64,000 nt of DNA from Prorocentrum cordatum (Eukaryota), in contig CAUYUJ010000137.1 in assembly GCA_963575745.1 (NCBI GenBank), forward strand, positions 558,001 through 622,000, in the 5' to 3' direction. Positions within the stretch are counted from its first letter, which is position 1, and the number at the start of each line of letters is the position of its first letter. The translations under genes were made by a program, and so were the position numbers. The notes beneath the pieces are model-generated. The model was not told where the DNA came from, did no database searches, and saw only the letters and a program-made list of their open reading frames with translations. Below, piece after piece: positions 10,063-20,593 of this stretch.

Positions 10063-12843
10063 TTGGATTGCCGTGCTATCCCGCCGTACCTCGCGCAGCG
10101 CATCGACTGCACGTGGACCGCGGCCCGCCTCTTATGCCACAAGCTGCGCCCCACGGTTCTCCTAGACTTCCCCGAGGCCTGGACCCCCGACGAGCCAGTG
10201 CCTCACGGAGAGCACCTCGACGTTTTGATCCAACACCTCGACTTGGAGCTGGCGCGACGTGCGAACCGTGCCAAAGCTGAACGCATCAAGATATGGGCTG
10301 AGGGCGTCCGCGAGCCAAGCGGGCGAAAGGCGGCCATATACGCACGGGCTGCTGACAGCTCGCCCACGGCGTATCTCCGCACGCCTACCACACCTGACGA
10401 TACGCAACTCCACTGCGACACAAACGCCTTTAAACCTGACGAAGCTTGCACGGACGACAGCGACGCTGACACCGAAGCTGGCGGCTTCAGCCCCAGCGAC
10501 GGTAGTTCGCCCGACACGGACAGCGACGAAGACCACACTCGTGAACCACCACCTGCGCAAGTCCCCGACATCCTCCCTTCCAACGCCATTGTTGCTAACA
10601 CCAAGGACATGCTGAAGCTCATGGTCGACACCTGGGAGCCCATCTTGGGCAGGTACCGTGCACGTGCGGGACATGACGCCGAAGCCATGCCGACGTGGGC
10701 CGACTTCTACGACGAGTACCGACAGGAGCTGCCTACGTCATCACCAGCTACCCCTTTCCACCTCACCGACGACCAACTCATCCACTTCATTCGCACCCGT
10801 TCACCGCGCCGCGCGGGGGGACTGGACGGCTGGACTACAAAGGAGGCTAAGGAGTTACCCGACGACATTCTTCGCCTCTTCGCCAGCGTCCTACGCGCTA
10901 TGCAACGCACTGGCACCATCCCAGAACCCCTCCTCCACGTGCCAAACCCGTGCCTCCGAAAAGGCCGAGGCGAACTCCCAACGGACCAACGACTTCTCTC
11001 GGTGCTTTCCGTTTGGATGTATGCGTGGGAAGCGCCAGCATACCGCAGCCTCACGGACTGGCGGAAAGGATGGACCCACGCCACGAGTTTTGGCGCTGTC
11101 CCCAAAGCTACCATTGGGGACGTCAGCACCTCTCTTGCCCTGCGCATCGAGCACGCCAGGGCCTTACTCCTTCCCTTAGCTGGAGCTGCCCTGGACCGAC
11201 AGAAGTGTTTCGACTACCTCATCACGGACATCTGCCTTAACCTTGCGCGTCACGCGGGGTGCCCCCAAGACATCGTTACTGTCCGCAGAAACTTCTACAG
11301 TCGCCACAAACGCTACATCCGCATGAACGGTGCGTACTCTAAGGAACTGGCCAGGACAAACGGTCACCTCCAGGGAAGCTCTTGGTCCCTGGACGACATT
11401 AAGCTGCTCATGTTTGTGTGGACCAAGAGACAGCATCGATACGTTCCGCGATCACTCAGCACTACCTTTGTTGACGACAGCAACTCCACTACTCACACCG
11501 CGCCTGAGTTGCAGAAATCTCTAGATGAAACCGCCAAGTTTGATCGATTTTCAGGTCAACGCATTCACCCTGGCAAAGTGGCGGGGTGGGCGCTCACCGA
11601 CGAGCTTCACACCGCCGTTACCCAGCTCACTCTGGCGGAACGGCCCATACGCGTGGTCGACTCCTTTAAGCTCGTCGGGAGTTACATCAACGCCGAGGCA
11701 GCGCCGGCTCCAGCCGCGCTTAACCTCACGGCCACCGCTGACGCCCGAGTTCGCAGGGCGACTAGTCGCCTGCCGCGCATTGGCAAGCTCCCATCACCGA
11801 TGCTTATTAAGGCGCGGCACGCCCGTTCCCTTGCTGCCAGCGTCTGTACCACGGGCAACGACATTCAAGCCCCATCAGGCCCCGTCAAAACTGCCTACAA
11901 CCATGCCCTTAAGGCGGCTATCCGCCCCAAGGGAAACAGGTGGGTCGAGTTTTGGACCCTCATGGCCGTGTGCGTCCCAGGACACGCCCTGGAGATTGAC
12001 GCCATTATGCAGCGTGAAGTCTTCCTGTGTCTGCGGCGACAGGTTAACCGCGACGCTACTCTCAGCGGTCTCGTCAGGGATCTCCAACACCATGTCCAGA
12101 CCCTTTTCGGGGGAGGACCTGTAGGACGACTTGTCCAGACGCTTCAGCAGCTCCGTTGGACCTGGCCCACATTTGGCATCATGTACGACGACTGGGGCTG
12201 TCAGATCAGTTGGCTGAACCTACCCCAAAACTCCTTCCTTCACATGCTGCGAGCCTCACAACGCAGAGCCTTTCTGAGAAAAATCAAGCCACGGCGTCAT
12301 GACCTTGGACACCTGGCCTCTGTCAGACAGGGCCTCGACCTCTTCGCCAGCACGTGGCTCGCCCGAACGAAAGGAGCAGCCAAATGCAACGCATGCAGCT
12401 GGCGCTCCTCCTTAACTACCTGTCGGGCGGGGACCACACCCAACAGCGACGATCCCGATCAAACACGTCCGCTGACCCCAGCCCCATCTGCCGATACTGC
12501 GACGAGGAAGAGGAAACACAGGAGCACACTGTTCGCGACTGCAAGTGCTGGGCCCGAGAAAGAGTCCCTCTTACCACCCTCATCAGTGACGAGCAGTGGG
12601 CCCGTCTTCCGCCGCACACAAGACACTGCGGGCTCTTCGATGAAGACCCAGCCCTCCTCGACCTGCAGGCCGACCTCGCGAGGGTCCCGCTACCTCAGCC
12701 CATACCGCGGCCCCCACCTGAGGGAGATCCTGCGGCTTCAGCCCAGGACTCCTACACCACCTACCTTGACCACGACACTGGTTGGACATGGGTCTACGCC
12801 GCCACGGACGGTGCATGCACCAACCAAGCCATCCCATTGCTAG
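10063..12843 (+). CDS. Non-LTR reverse transcriptase domain
   Basis: AGGLDGW, QRLLSVLS, LDRQKCFDYL, GHLQGSSWS, TFVDDS (FVDD 11467-11478), IHPGKV, FKLVGS: LINE RT motifs in canonical order. Confidence 0.92.
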   Translation: MDCRAIPPYLAQRIDCTWTAARLLCHKLRPTVLLDFPEAWTPDEPVPHGEHLDVLIQHLDLELARRANRAKAERIKIWAEGVREPSGRKAAIYARAADSSPTAYLRTPTTPDDTQLHCDTNAFKPDEACTDDSDADTEAGGFSPSDGSSPDTDSDEDHTREPPPAQVPDILPSNAIVANTKDMLKLMVDTWEPILGRYRARAGHDAEAMPTWADFYDEYRQELPTSSPATPFHLTDDQLIHFIRTRSPRRAGGLDGWTTKEAKELPDDILRLFASVLRAMQRTGTIPEPLLHVPNPCLRKGRGELPTDQRLLSVLSVWMYAWEAPAYRSLTDWRKGWTHATSFGAVPKATIGDVSTSLALRIEHARALLLPLAGAALDRQKCFDYLITDICLNLARHAGCPQDIVTVRRNFYSRHKRYIRMNGAYSKELARTNGHLQGSSWSLDDIKLLMFVWTKRQHRYVPRSLSTTFVDDSNSTTHTAPELQKSLDETAKFDRFSGQRIHPGKVAGWALTDELHTAVTQLTLAERPIRVVDSFKLVGSYINAEAAPAPAALNLTATADARVRRATSRLPRIGKLPSPMLIKARHARSLAASVCTTGNDIQAPSGPVKTAYNHALKAAIRPKGNRWVEFWTLMAVCVPGHALEIDAIMQREVFLCLRRQVNRDATLSGLVRDLQHHVQTLFGGGPVGRLVQTLQQLRWTWPTFGIMYDDWGCQISWLNLPQNSFLHMLRASQRRAFLRKIKPRRHDLGHLASVRQGLDLFASTWLARTKGAAKCNACSWRSSLTTCRAGTTPNSDDPDQTRPLTPAPSADTATRKRKHRSTLFATASAGPEKESLLPPSSVTSSGPVFRRTQDTAGSSMKTQPSSTCRPTSRGSRYLSPYRGPHLREILRLQPRTPTPPTLTTTLVGHGSTPPRTVHAPTKPSHC

Positions 12844-14147
12844 CACGAGTGGGCTACGGCGTCTACTACGGCATCGACCACCGCATGAACTACTGTGCAC
12901 GCGTTCACGGCATTACGCAGAACGCACAGCTTGCGGAGACCCTCGCCATTGTCCACCTCACGGCATGTGCTGAACGGCCCGTGCACGTTTTCGTGGACAA
13001 CCAGGCGGTGGTTGATGGTTTCCAAAGGATCATCGACGGACACTCACCACCGCAGGGCACGCACGAGGAGCTCTGGGAAAAGATCCACCGATGCGTCATG
13101 GCCAAGCCCAACATGTTCCGCGTCGAGAAAGTCGCTAGCCACCAGGGCGACATGGGCATCGACCTCGGTCTCATCGGGCCCATCGCGGAGGAGTTCAATC
13201 GTCAGGCTGACGCCCTCGCCACAACGGCGGCACGTACTCATAACCTTCCAGACGACATTGTCGAAGCTGCCAAATCAAGACATCGCCAAGCGACCGTGCT
13301 TCATGGAGTCGCTGTCGCCATCTACGAGCGTAGACACCGTACACTCCCCCTCCCACACCGCAGGGCTGGGTTCACAGCTGCGGAACAAAACAAAATGGAA
13401 CCAAATCCCCTGCTGTCTGACCAGGCACCACCCGCGGCTGGACCAGACATCCCACAGAACCCGGACGAGCTCTGGGCCGAGGCCCAACGGGCGATATTCG
13501 ACGCACAGGAGGACGACCCGTTCGGCTTTGGTGGGGGCCTGGACTTCCTGGGCGACGGGCCAGCCAGCGCCAACCCTGCCCCGTCGGGTACCCGCACGGC
13601 GCCCCCGACTCCGCCATCGAGAGCGGCAGCGCACCCACATGACAACGCAGCTCATTTTCAAGACGCTGACGAACAGGAGGATGACCTGTTCAGCTTCGGT
13701 GGGGGATCGGACGCTTTGGACGACGGACCAGCCAGCGAAAACCCCGCCCCGTCGGGAAACCTCTCGATCCCTACTGCGACTCCGTCCCCGAGAGCGGTAT
13801 CGCCCACATACGATGATATCGGCCACCTCCAAGACGCCGACCATGACCTGGGTGACCCCCGCGGACTGAGTGGCATGGAGGACGCACCGCCGATACCACA
13901 CGCTGCCGACCATGCCGCCCTACCGAGACGCCAACCTTCTACACGACCGACCTCAGAGCCCTTGCACGGCATCATGACTGGTCCCACCGCGCAAACCACT
14001 CCGCCCCCCCACCGCCGGCAGCCCGCGGGGGCGGCTTCAGCCCCCCGCAGGGCACTAAACCAGACAGGCCCTCGTGCCCCGTCCACGCTTCCATCGTTGC
14101 TGAGCGAGAGGAAGCGGCTCTCCCGACCTCTCGGGGCGTGGCCCTAG
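12354..14147 (+). CDS. CCHC zinc knuckle plus RNase H domain of pol
   Basis: CRYC-x8-H-x4-C (12489-12542). RNase H catalytic set ATDGAC (D 12807), LAETLAI (E 12936), FVDNQAV (D 12996), KVASHQ, NRQADALA (D 13209). Confidence 0.9.
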   Translation: MARPNERSSQMQRMQLALLLNYLSGGDHTQQRRSRSNTSADPSPICRYCDEEEETQEHTVRDCKCWARERVPLTTLISDEQWARLPPHTRHCGLFDEDPALLDLQADLARVPLPQPIPRPPPEGDPAASAQDSYTTYLDHDTGWTWVYAATDGACTNQAIPLLARVGYGVYYGIDHRMNYCARVHGITQNAQLAETLAIVHLTACAERPVHVFVDNQAVVDGFQRIIDGHSPPQGTHEELWEKIHRCVMAKPNMFRVEKVASHQGDMGIDLGLIGPIAEEFNRQADALATTAARTHNLPDDIVEAAKSRHRQATVLHGVAVAIYERRHRTLPLPHRRAGFTAAEQNKMEPNPLLSDQAPPAAGPDIPQNPDELWAEAQRAIFDAQEDDPFGFGGGLDFLGDGPASANPAPSGTRTAPPTPPSRAAAHPHDNAAHFQDADEQEDDLFSFGGGSDALDDGPASENPAPSGNLSIPTATPSPRAVSPTYDDIGHLQDADHDLGDPRGLSGMEDAPPIPHAADHAALPRRQPSTRPTSEPLHGIMTGPTAQTTPPPHRRQPAGAASAPRRALNQTGPRAPSTLPSLLSERKRLSRPLGAWP

Positions 14148-14921
14148 CGGCTCCAGCCCTGGGGTCGCGTCGGCCCCTCCAGCCACCCTTCAAGGGTGAC
14201 GGACGTCAGCGTACAGGGTCCCGCACTACGCTAGTCCACCATTTGGACAGGCGTACCGAGGACCTCGCCTCTGTCTCGAGGCCCACGGCTGCTGGCACTG
14301 AGCAGCCACCCCTCACCGACCGCGAAACCGAGCTGTCACAGGCTATGGCTGCCCTCCAGCAGAGGTGCTTAGCTCTCGCCGCGGACCTCGCCGCCGCCCA
14401 AGCTCGTCAAGGCCCTCTACTCCAGCGCCTCCACAGCGCTGGGCGAGCCTTTGCCGAGCTGCTCACGGCCTCGCCCGATGGTGCCGTGCCGTCACTCAAC
14501 ATCCAAGCTATGTTGTCATCGCTCCGCGGCGCTCCACCTGGTGCCCCGCGCTAATCTCCTCCTTTCTGCCTGCCCGTGTGTACGCGTGGCTCCGCGTCCA
14601 CGGTGTCAGGGCGTGGGGGCGGGGGGTGCCCCGTCACTGCGCGCCGCATAGCGGCCAAGCGCCCAACTGGCGGTCTGCCAAGCCGCCTAGCCACGTGTCA
14701 GCACGTCGCCTTTCTTGTTGGGGCCTTTTTTCCTCACGCGGTCTGACAGGTGAGATCATCATCGTCTGTCCGCCGTCTGTAGCGTCTGTCGCACTGCGCC
14801 GGGGGAGGGGGTTTTTTGTTGCCCGCCCTCGTATCTAAAGGCTGCACCGCCGCAAATAGTGCATGCGAGTTGTCGCACCGCAGTGCGCCTCGCGGACGGA
14901 CCCTGGTCCGCCTACTTGTCC

Positions 14922-14923
<2 letters not shown>

Positions 14924-14975
<52 letters not shown>

Positions 14976-14988
14976 TTCTCTCTCTATA

Positions 14989-15041
<53 letters not shown>

Positions 15042-15358
15042 GCTCTCTCGCTCTCTCTTGCTCTCTCTCGCTCTCTGTCGCTCTCTCTCGCTCTCTCTCT
15101 CTCTCTCTCGCTCTCACTCGCTCCCTCTCGCTCTCTCTCGCTCTCCCTCGCTCTCTCCCGCTCTCTCTCTCTCTCTCTGCTCTCTCTCTCTCTCTCTCGC
15201 TCTCACTCGCTCCCTCTCGTCTCTCCTCGCTCTCCCTCGCTATCTCCCGCTCTCTCTCTCTCTCTCTCTCATCGCTCCTCTCAGGAGAGTGTCTCTCACT
15301 TCTCCTCACTCATTCGCTTCTCTCGCCGCTCTCTCTCTCTCTCTCTCTCTTTCTCTCA

Positions 15359-15391
<33 letters not shown>

Positions 15392-15691
15392 ACTCTCTCT
15401 TCTCTGCTCCTCTCTCTCTCTCTCTCTCTCTCCTCTCTCGTCCCTCTCTCTCTCCTCTCTCTCGTCTCCGTCTCTCTCTTCTCTCTCTCTCTCTCTCTCT
15501 CCTCCCCTCCCCCCCCCCTCTCTCCACTTTTCTCTCCCTCATCCTCTCTCTCTCTCTCTCCCTCTCTCTCTCTCTCTCTCCATCTCTCCCCTCAACTCCC
15601 TCTCTTCTATCTCTATCCTCTCTTCTCTTCTCTCATTTTTCTCCCCCCTCCTCTCTCTCTCATCTCTCTCTTCTCATCTTCCTCTTCTCTG

Positions 15692-15724
<33 letters not shown>

Positions 15725-15744
15725 TCTCTTCTCTTCGCTTCTCT

Positions 15745-15780
<36 letters not shown>

Positions 15781-16028
15781 CTCTCCACTTTCTCTCTCCA
15801 CTTTCTCTCTCTCCACTTTCTCTCTCTCTCTCTCCTCTCTCTCTCGCTCTTCTATCTCTATCTCTCTCTCTCTCTTCTCTCTTCCCTCTTCTCTCTCTCT
15901 CTCTTCTCTCTTTCTCTCGCCTGTCTCCTCTCTCAACTCCCCCTCTCTCTCTCTCTATCCGCTCTCTCTCTCTCTCTCTTTCTCTCTCCTCTCCCTCTCT
16001 CTCGCTTCCTCTCTCTCTCTCTCTCTTG

Positions 16029-16063
<35 letters not shown>
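14924..16063. repeat. (TC)n microsatellite, about 1.1 kb, imperfect
   Basis: Direct reading. Confidence 0.97.
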
Positions 16064-16066
<3 letters not shown>

Positions 16067-16068
16067 AC

Positions 16069-16906
16069 GGGCTCGTGAGATCAGCCAGGGTGGCTCCCCC
16101 TTGGGGCTCCCAAATGATGCCCCTGGCAGCGTTTTGTGACCATGAGGCTCTCAAGAGATACATGTTGGGGAGGCCAAACGGCAATTCTAGCTGAGACGTC
16201 CCACCAAAATCGGCGCGAACGGGCTCGAGAGATCAGCCAGGGTGGCTCCCCCTTGGGGCTCCCAAATGATGCCCCTGGCAGCGTTTTGTGACCATGAGGC
16301 TCTCAAGAGATACATGTTGGGGAGGCCAAACGGCAATTCTAGCTGAGACGTCCCACCAAAATCGGCGCGAACGGGCTCGTGAGATCAGCCAGGGTGGCTC
16401 CCCCTTGGGGCTCCCAAATGATGCCCCTGGCAGCGTTTTGTGACCATGAGGCTCTCAAGAGATACATGTTGGGGAGGCCAAACGGCAATTCTAGCTGAGG
16501 CGTCCCACCAAAATCGGCGCGAACGGGCTCGTGAGATCAGCCAGGGTGGCTCCCCCTTGGGGCTCCCAAATGATGCCCCTGGCAGCGTTTTGTGACCATG
16601 AGGCTCTCAAGAGATACATGTTGGGGACGCCAAACGGCAATTCTAGCTGAGGCGTCCCACCAAAATCGGCGCGAACGGGCTCGTGAGATCAGCCAGGGTG
16701 GCTCCCCCTTGGGGCTCCCAAATGATGCCCCTGGCAGCGTTTTGTGACCATGAGGCTCTCAAGAGATACATGTTGGGGGCGCCAAACGGCAATTCTAGCT
16801 GAGACGTCCCACCAAAATCGGCGCGAACGGGCTCGTGAGATCAGCCAGGGTGGCTCCCCCTTGGGGCTCCCAAATGATGCCCCTGGCAGCGTTTTGTGAT
16901 CATGAG
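16069..16906. repeat. 152-bp tandem satellite, about 5.5 near-identical copies
   Basis: Unit starts GGGCTCG at 16069, 16221, 16373, 16525, 16677, 16829. Confidence 0.97.
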
Positions 16907-17359
16907 AGAGTGTGAGTGTGAGCTTAACTTATCTTATCTTATCTGGAAATCTCTTCTTATCATATCTTGTGCTATCTTATCTTATCTTGTAGTATATTAT
17001 CTTGTCTTGTCTTATCTGGTGATTATCATTGGGAGGAGGGAGGCGCGAGCGGGAGGAAGGAGGAAGGAGGAGCAGTGGGAGGCGTCAGAGTAATAACAAG
17101 AACCCCAATCCTTAGGATATGGGGAAAAACGACGACCCTCACGAGGATTCTGGCCCCGACGGGGGGGCACTCTTGTAGCCCCCTCCTTTTCTGTGAAGCC
17201 AAAACCATTGCTTTTACGATGGTGTTGGCCCCATTTTGGCCTCCCGAAGGGGGCCGCGCTCATCTTCCTTCATAGCAAAATAATTGATTTTACTAGGGTT
17301 TTGGGCTCATTTTGTCCTTCTCAGGGGGCAGCGCTTTTTTGCGCTTCTGAGGAGGTCGC

Positions 17360-18180
17360 AAGAGGCCCCAAGATGGCCCCAAGAGGCCCCCAGGAGCTCC
17401 CCAAGAGGCCCCCAAGAGGCCCCCAAGAGGCCCCCAAGAGGCCCCAAGAGGCCCCCAAGAGGCACCCAAGAGGCCCCCAAGAGGCCCCCGGAGGCCCCAG
17501 GAGGCCCCCAAGAGGCCCCCAAGAGGCCCCCAAGAGGCCCCCAAGAGGCCCCAAGAGGCTCCAAGAGGCCGCCAAGAGGCCCCACGAGGAGCCCGAACGA
17601 CTCACACCAGGACGAGGGGCCCGAACGACTCATACCACGAAGAACCCGAACGACTCACGCCAGAAGGAGGACCCCGAACGACTCACACCAGGACGAGGCG
17701 CCCGACCCATTCACACCACGAGGAGCCCGAGCGACTCACACCACGACGCGGGCCTCGAACGACTCACACCACGAGGAGCCCGAACGAGTCACACCAGGAG
17801 GAGGGGCAGCGCTCATACAAGCCCCCCAAGAGGGCCCCCAGAGGTCCACCATATGGCCCCAAGAGGTCCCCAGATGGGCCACAAGAGATCCCCAGGAGGC
17901 ACCACGACGCGCCCGAACGACTCACACCACGACGCGGGCCCCGAACGACTCACACCACGAGGAGCCCGAACGAGTCACACCAGGAGGAGGGGCCCGAACG
18001 ACTCACACCAGGATGAGGGGCCCGAACAACTCACACCACGAGAAGCCCGAACGACTCACACCAGGACGAAGAGCCCGAACGACTCACACCACGAAGAGCC
18101 CGAACGACTCACACCAGGAAGAAGGGCCCGAACGACTCACACCAGGACGAGAAACCCCAAACGACTCAAATCACGAGGAG
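17360..18180. repeat. GGCCCC(C)AAGA 10-11-mer array followed by CCCGAACGACTCACACCA minisatellite
   Basis: Direct reading. The 10-11-mer family (reverse TCTTGGGGGCC) recurs throughout 25-64 kb. Confidence 0.9.
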
Positions 18181-19146
18181 CGCTTTCTCTCCCTCCTCCT
18201 CCGCCTCGTCCTTCTCCCGCTCCCCCCACAAGGAGGATGTACAAGGAGGCGGGAGGAAGGAGGAACAGGGGAGATATGCGGGGCCAAACGGACACACGCC
18301 TGAAAAACACGACTGTCGGCATGCTTCGCATGAGTTGCTGTTGTGAGATGGGCTGGTGGGGATACGCGAAGCGTAAATAATTTATAGGAACCAGGTAAAC
18401 ACCTAGGATTGGGGCCACAGAGGAAGGACAATCTAGAGAAACATGCGTAAAACACGAAGGAAGCGTGTGCCAGGAGAGTCCCAACCTATATGAACATACG
18501 TGATACACCTAGATTGGAGCCGTTCCTGGAGCCTCCTGTGGCCTCCTGATGCCTCCTGGGGACTCCTGGGGCATCCTGGGGTTTCCTGGGACCTCCTGGC
18601 GCGTCCTGTGGCCTCCTGGAAGCTCTTGGGAGCCTCTGGGGGTTTCCTGGGGCATCCTGAAGCCTCTTAGGGCCTCCAGGGGTCCCGAGTGGCCTTCCAG
18701 GAGGCGGACCGTGAGTCTTCCCATCAAGTTTTTCTTCGCTGGGGTTGTAGGGCTTCCGTGGGCCTCCTGGAACTTCTTGGGGCCTCCTGGAGCGTCCTGG
18801 AGCCTCTTGAGGAGGATTCGTGCCCACGAGTCTGGCCACCAAACAGAACAAAACGCCAGAGACATCCTCGCAATCTGAGCCGGGGCGCAAACAAGCGAAC
18901 CGCTCGAAACATCCCCGCAATTCTGGGCGCGAGCGGGAGAAGGAGATATTCACTGGCGCCCCCCCCCCCTTGGGTGTTGAAACCAGCGCCTCGCCCGAGA
19001 CATCATCAGAACCTGCTCTGAACGCACACGAATCTGGCCACTAAAACAGGCAACATCAGGCAAATCAGCAGAGACGTCCTCGCAACATGCCCCCTTCTGT
19101 GGTGCAAAGCCAGCGCCTCGCCCGAGGCATCCTCAAAGTTGCTCCA

Positions 19147-19360
19147 ACATCATCATCATGGTCGCTATCATCACCATCATCATAATTATTACCATCGTCA
19201 TTTTCATTCATCACCATCGCCATCGTCGCCATCATCGCCATCATCACCATCATCATCATCATCAGTATCATCGCCGTCGTCCTCGCCATCATCACTTTCG
19301 CCATCACTACCATCAACATCGTCACCTCCGTCGGCATCATCATCACCACCATCAACATCT
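19147..19360. repeat. (CAT)n-like microsatellite
   Basis: Direct reading. Confidence 0.9.
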
Positions 19361-19674
19361 ACTAACAAGAACGCAACCCACGAACACTGCTGCGGCATCA
19401 CCATTGCAAGAAAAATCCGCATGATATCATGACGTAAGTAGCCACCCTGATTGTGACATGGCACTGAGTATGAATACCTCTGGGTGAGGAAAACGATGAG
19501 AAAAAGACGGAGGAGGATGAAGGCTGTGGAGGAGACGGTGCGGTCAGAGTAGTAACAATAACCCCGTCTTACGATATGGGGACCCAACCAGATGGGCAAG
19601 AGGAAGCGCGACGGGAGAGGAGGGCGCAATACTTCACATACTGGAGGAGGGGAGTGGAACGATGGTTTTGTTTG

Positions 19675-19721
<47 letters not shown>

Positions 19722-20593
19722 CATATATATATGTATGAAAAAATGATGCGGGTGGTGAAAGAGAGAAACGGGGAATCACGGACGGAAGACGAAAACAGGA
19801 TGTGGTTGCAAATGCCTGTGAACACGATGGCAGTTGCGAGAAGGCTGGCGCCTGTGAGTGCAACGCACTTGGGCACTCGCCGGAACGCACCAAAATGCGT
19901 GCGGGTATCGCGCTACCTTGAGAGCACCACGGAGACGTGCGAGCACCAAAGCGTTTGCGACGACATTCCCCCCATGATCGCTGCAAAACGACAGTTCAAG
20001 ACATGGCAACGACGGAACACCCTAACGGGCTCGGCCATGTGCCCACCCAGTGGTACGACATGCACAGAGTGACGCCCCATTCCCCCTCCTTTTTCTCCCC
20101 TGCCCCCCCCCCCGCCCACGAGAATTATCCTGACGAAGAACCCAACCATATGCAGTTGTGAGTACCGCGGAATCGGCACCGCTGTCCCTAAACCCTAAAT
20201 TGCAAGCCGCGGGCGGTGCAACGTTCGTAGCCCGTGGCGCCTGGCCGAGCGCTCAGCGAGCCTGCCCAATACAGCGTGCGCCGCACCGACGAAGCGCGCA
20301 GCGCTGAGGAGGCATTCGCCCGCCGCGCGTATGCGGCCGCCGGTTGTTCGCTGAGATGAATAGAGCCCTTAACCCAAAACCCAGCCAGTGGGTTCGCCGC
20401 GCTTGGTCCCATCCCCTGGGGCTCCAAACCTATGAAAATACAACATGCGGCGACCTTTCGGCCGTCCGTGGGGCCGCAAAACGTATGAAAATACAGCATG
20501 CGGTGTCCTTTCGGCTGGCGCACGTCCCAGGTGCTCCCAAGCGCTCCCAAGCGCTCCCAGGCGCTGCCCGTTGGGGTCCCGCCCGTTATGGTC

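Larger units (their letters stand above)
340..14172 (+). promoter_or_regulatory. Dispersed family of bulged-C UUCA/UCCA hairpins (14 copies + 1 variant)
   Basis: Bulged C at 351, 1823, 2004, 2970, 4115, 5229, 6293, 7370, 8591, 10482, 11705, 12733, 14032, 14148 (variant 9261). Each has different but complementary flanking arms. Confidence 0.85.
8629..14554 (+). pseudogene. Pol: APE endonuclease - RT - CCHC - RNase H - C-terminal coiled coil, split by frameshifts (about 9400-9500, 9680, 10060, 12360, 14100)
   Basis: In-frame gccATG at 8629. APE C-terminal RIDYII (9540-9557) and KSHVGL in frame 3. RT and RNase H motifs as listed below. Segments join by frameshift without internal stops. Confidence 0.85.
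1..14924 (+). mobile_element. Giant multi-ORF non-LTR (LINE-type) retrotransposon, 5' end outside window
   Basis: Co-oriented ORF1-like, cargo, APE, RT, CCHC and RNase H regions. The same hairpin motif recurs from 351 to 14148, tying the region together. A 3' UTR-like segment 14555-14924 runs into (TC)n. Boundaries are inferred. Confidence 0.75.

Noticed and set aside
14734..16194. Long SL/ER-repeat ORFs
   Set aside because: Products of the (TC)n microsatellite.
16069..16906. CRISPR array
   Set aside because: Whole 152-bp units repeat with no unique spacers; no cas genes; eukaryotic context.
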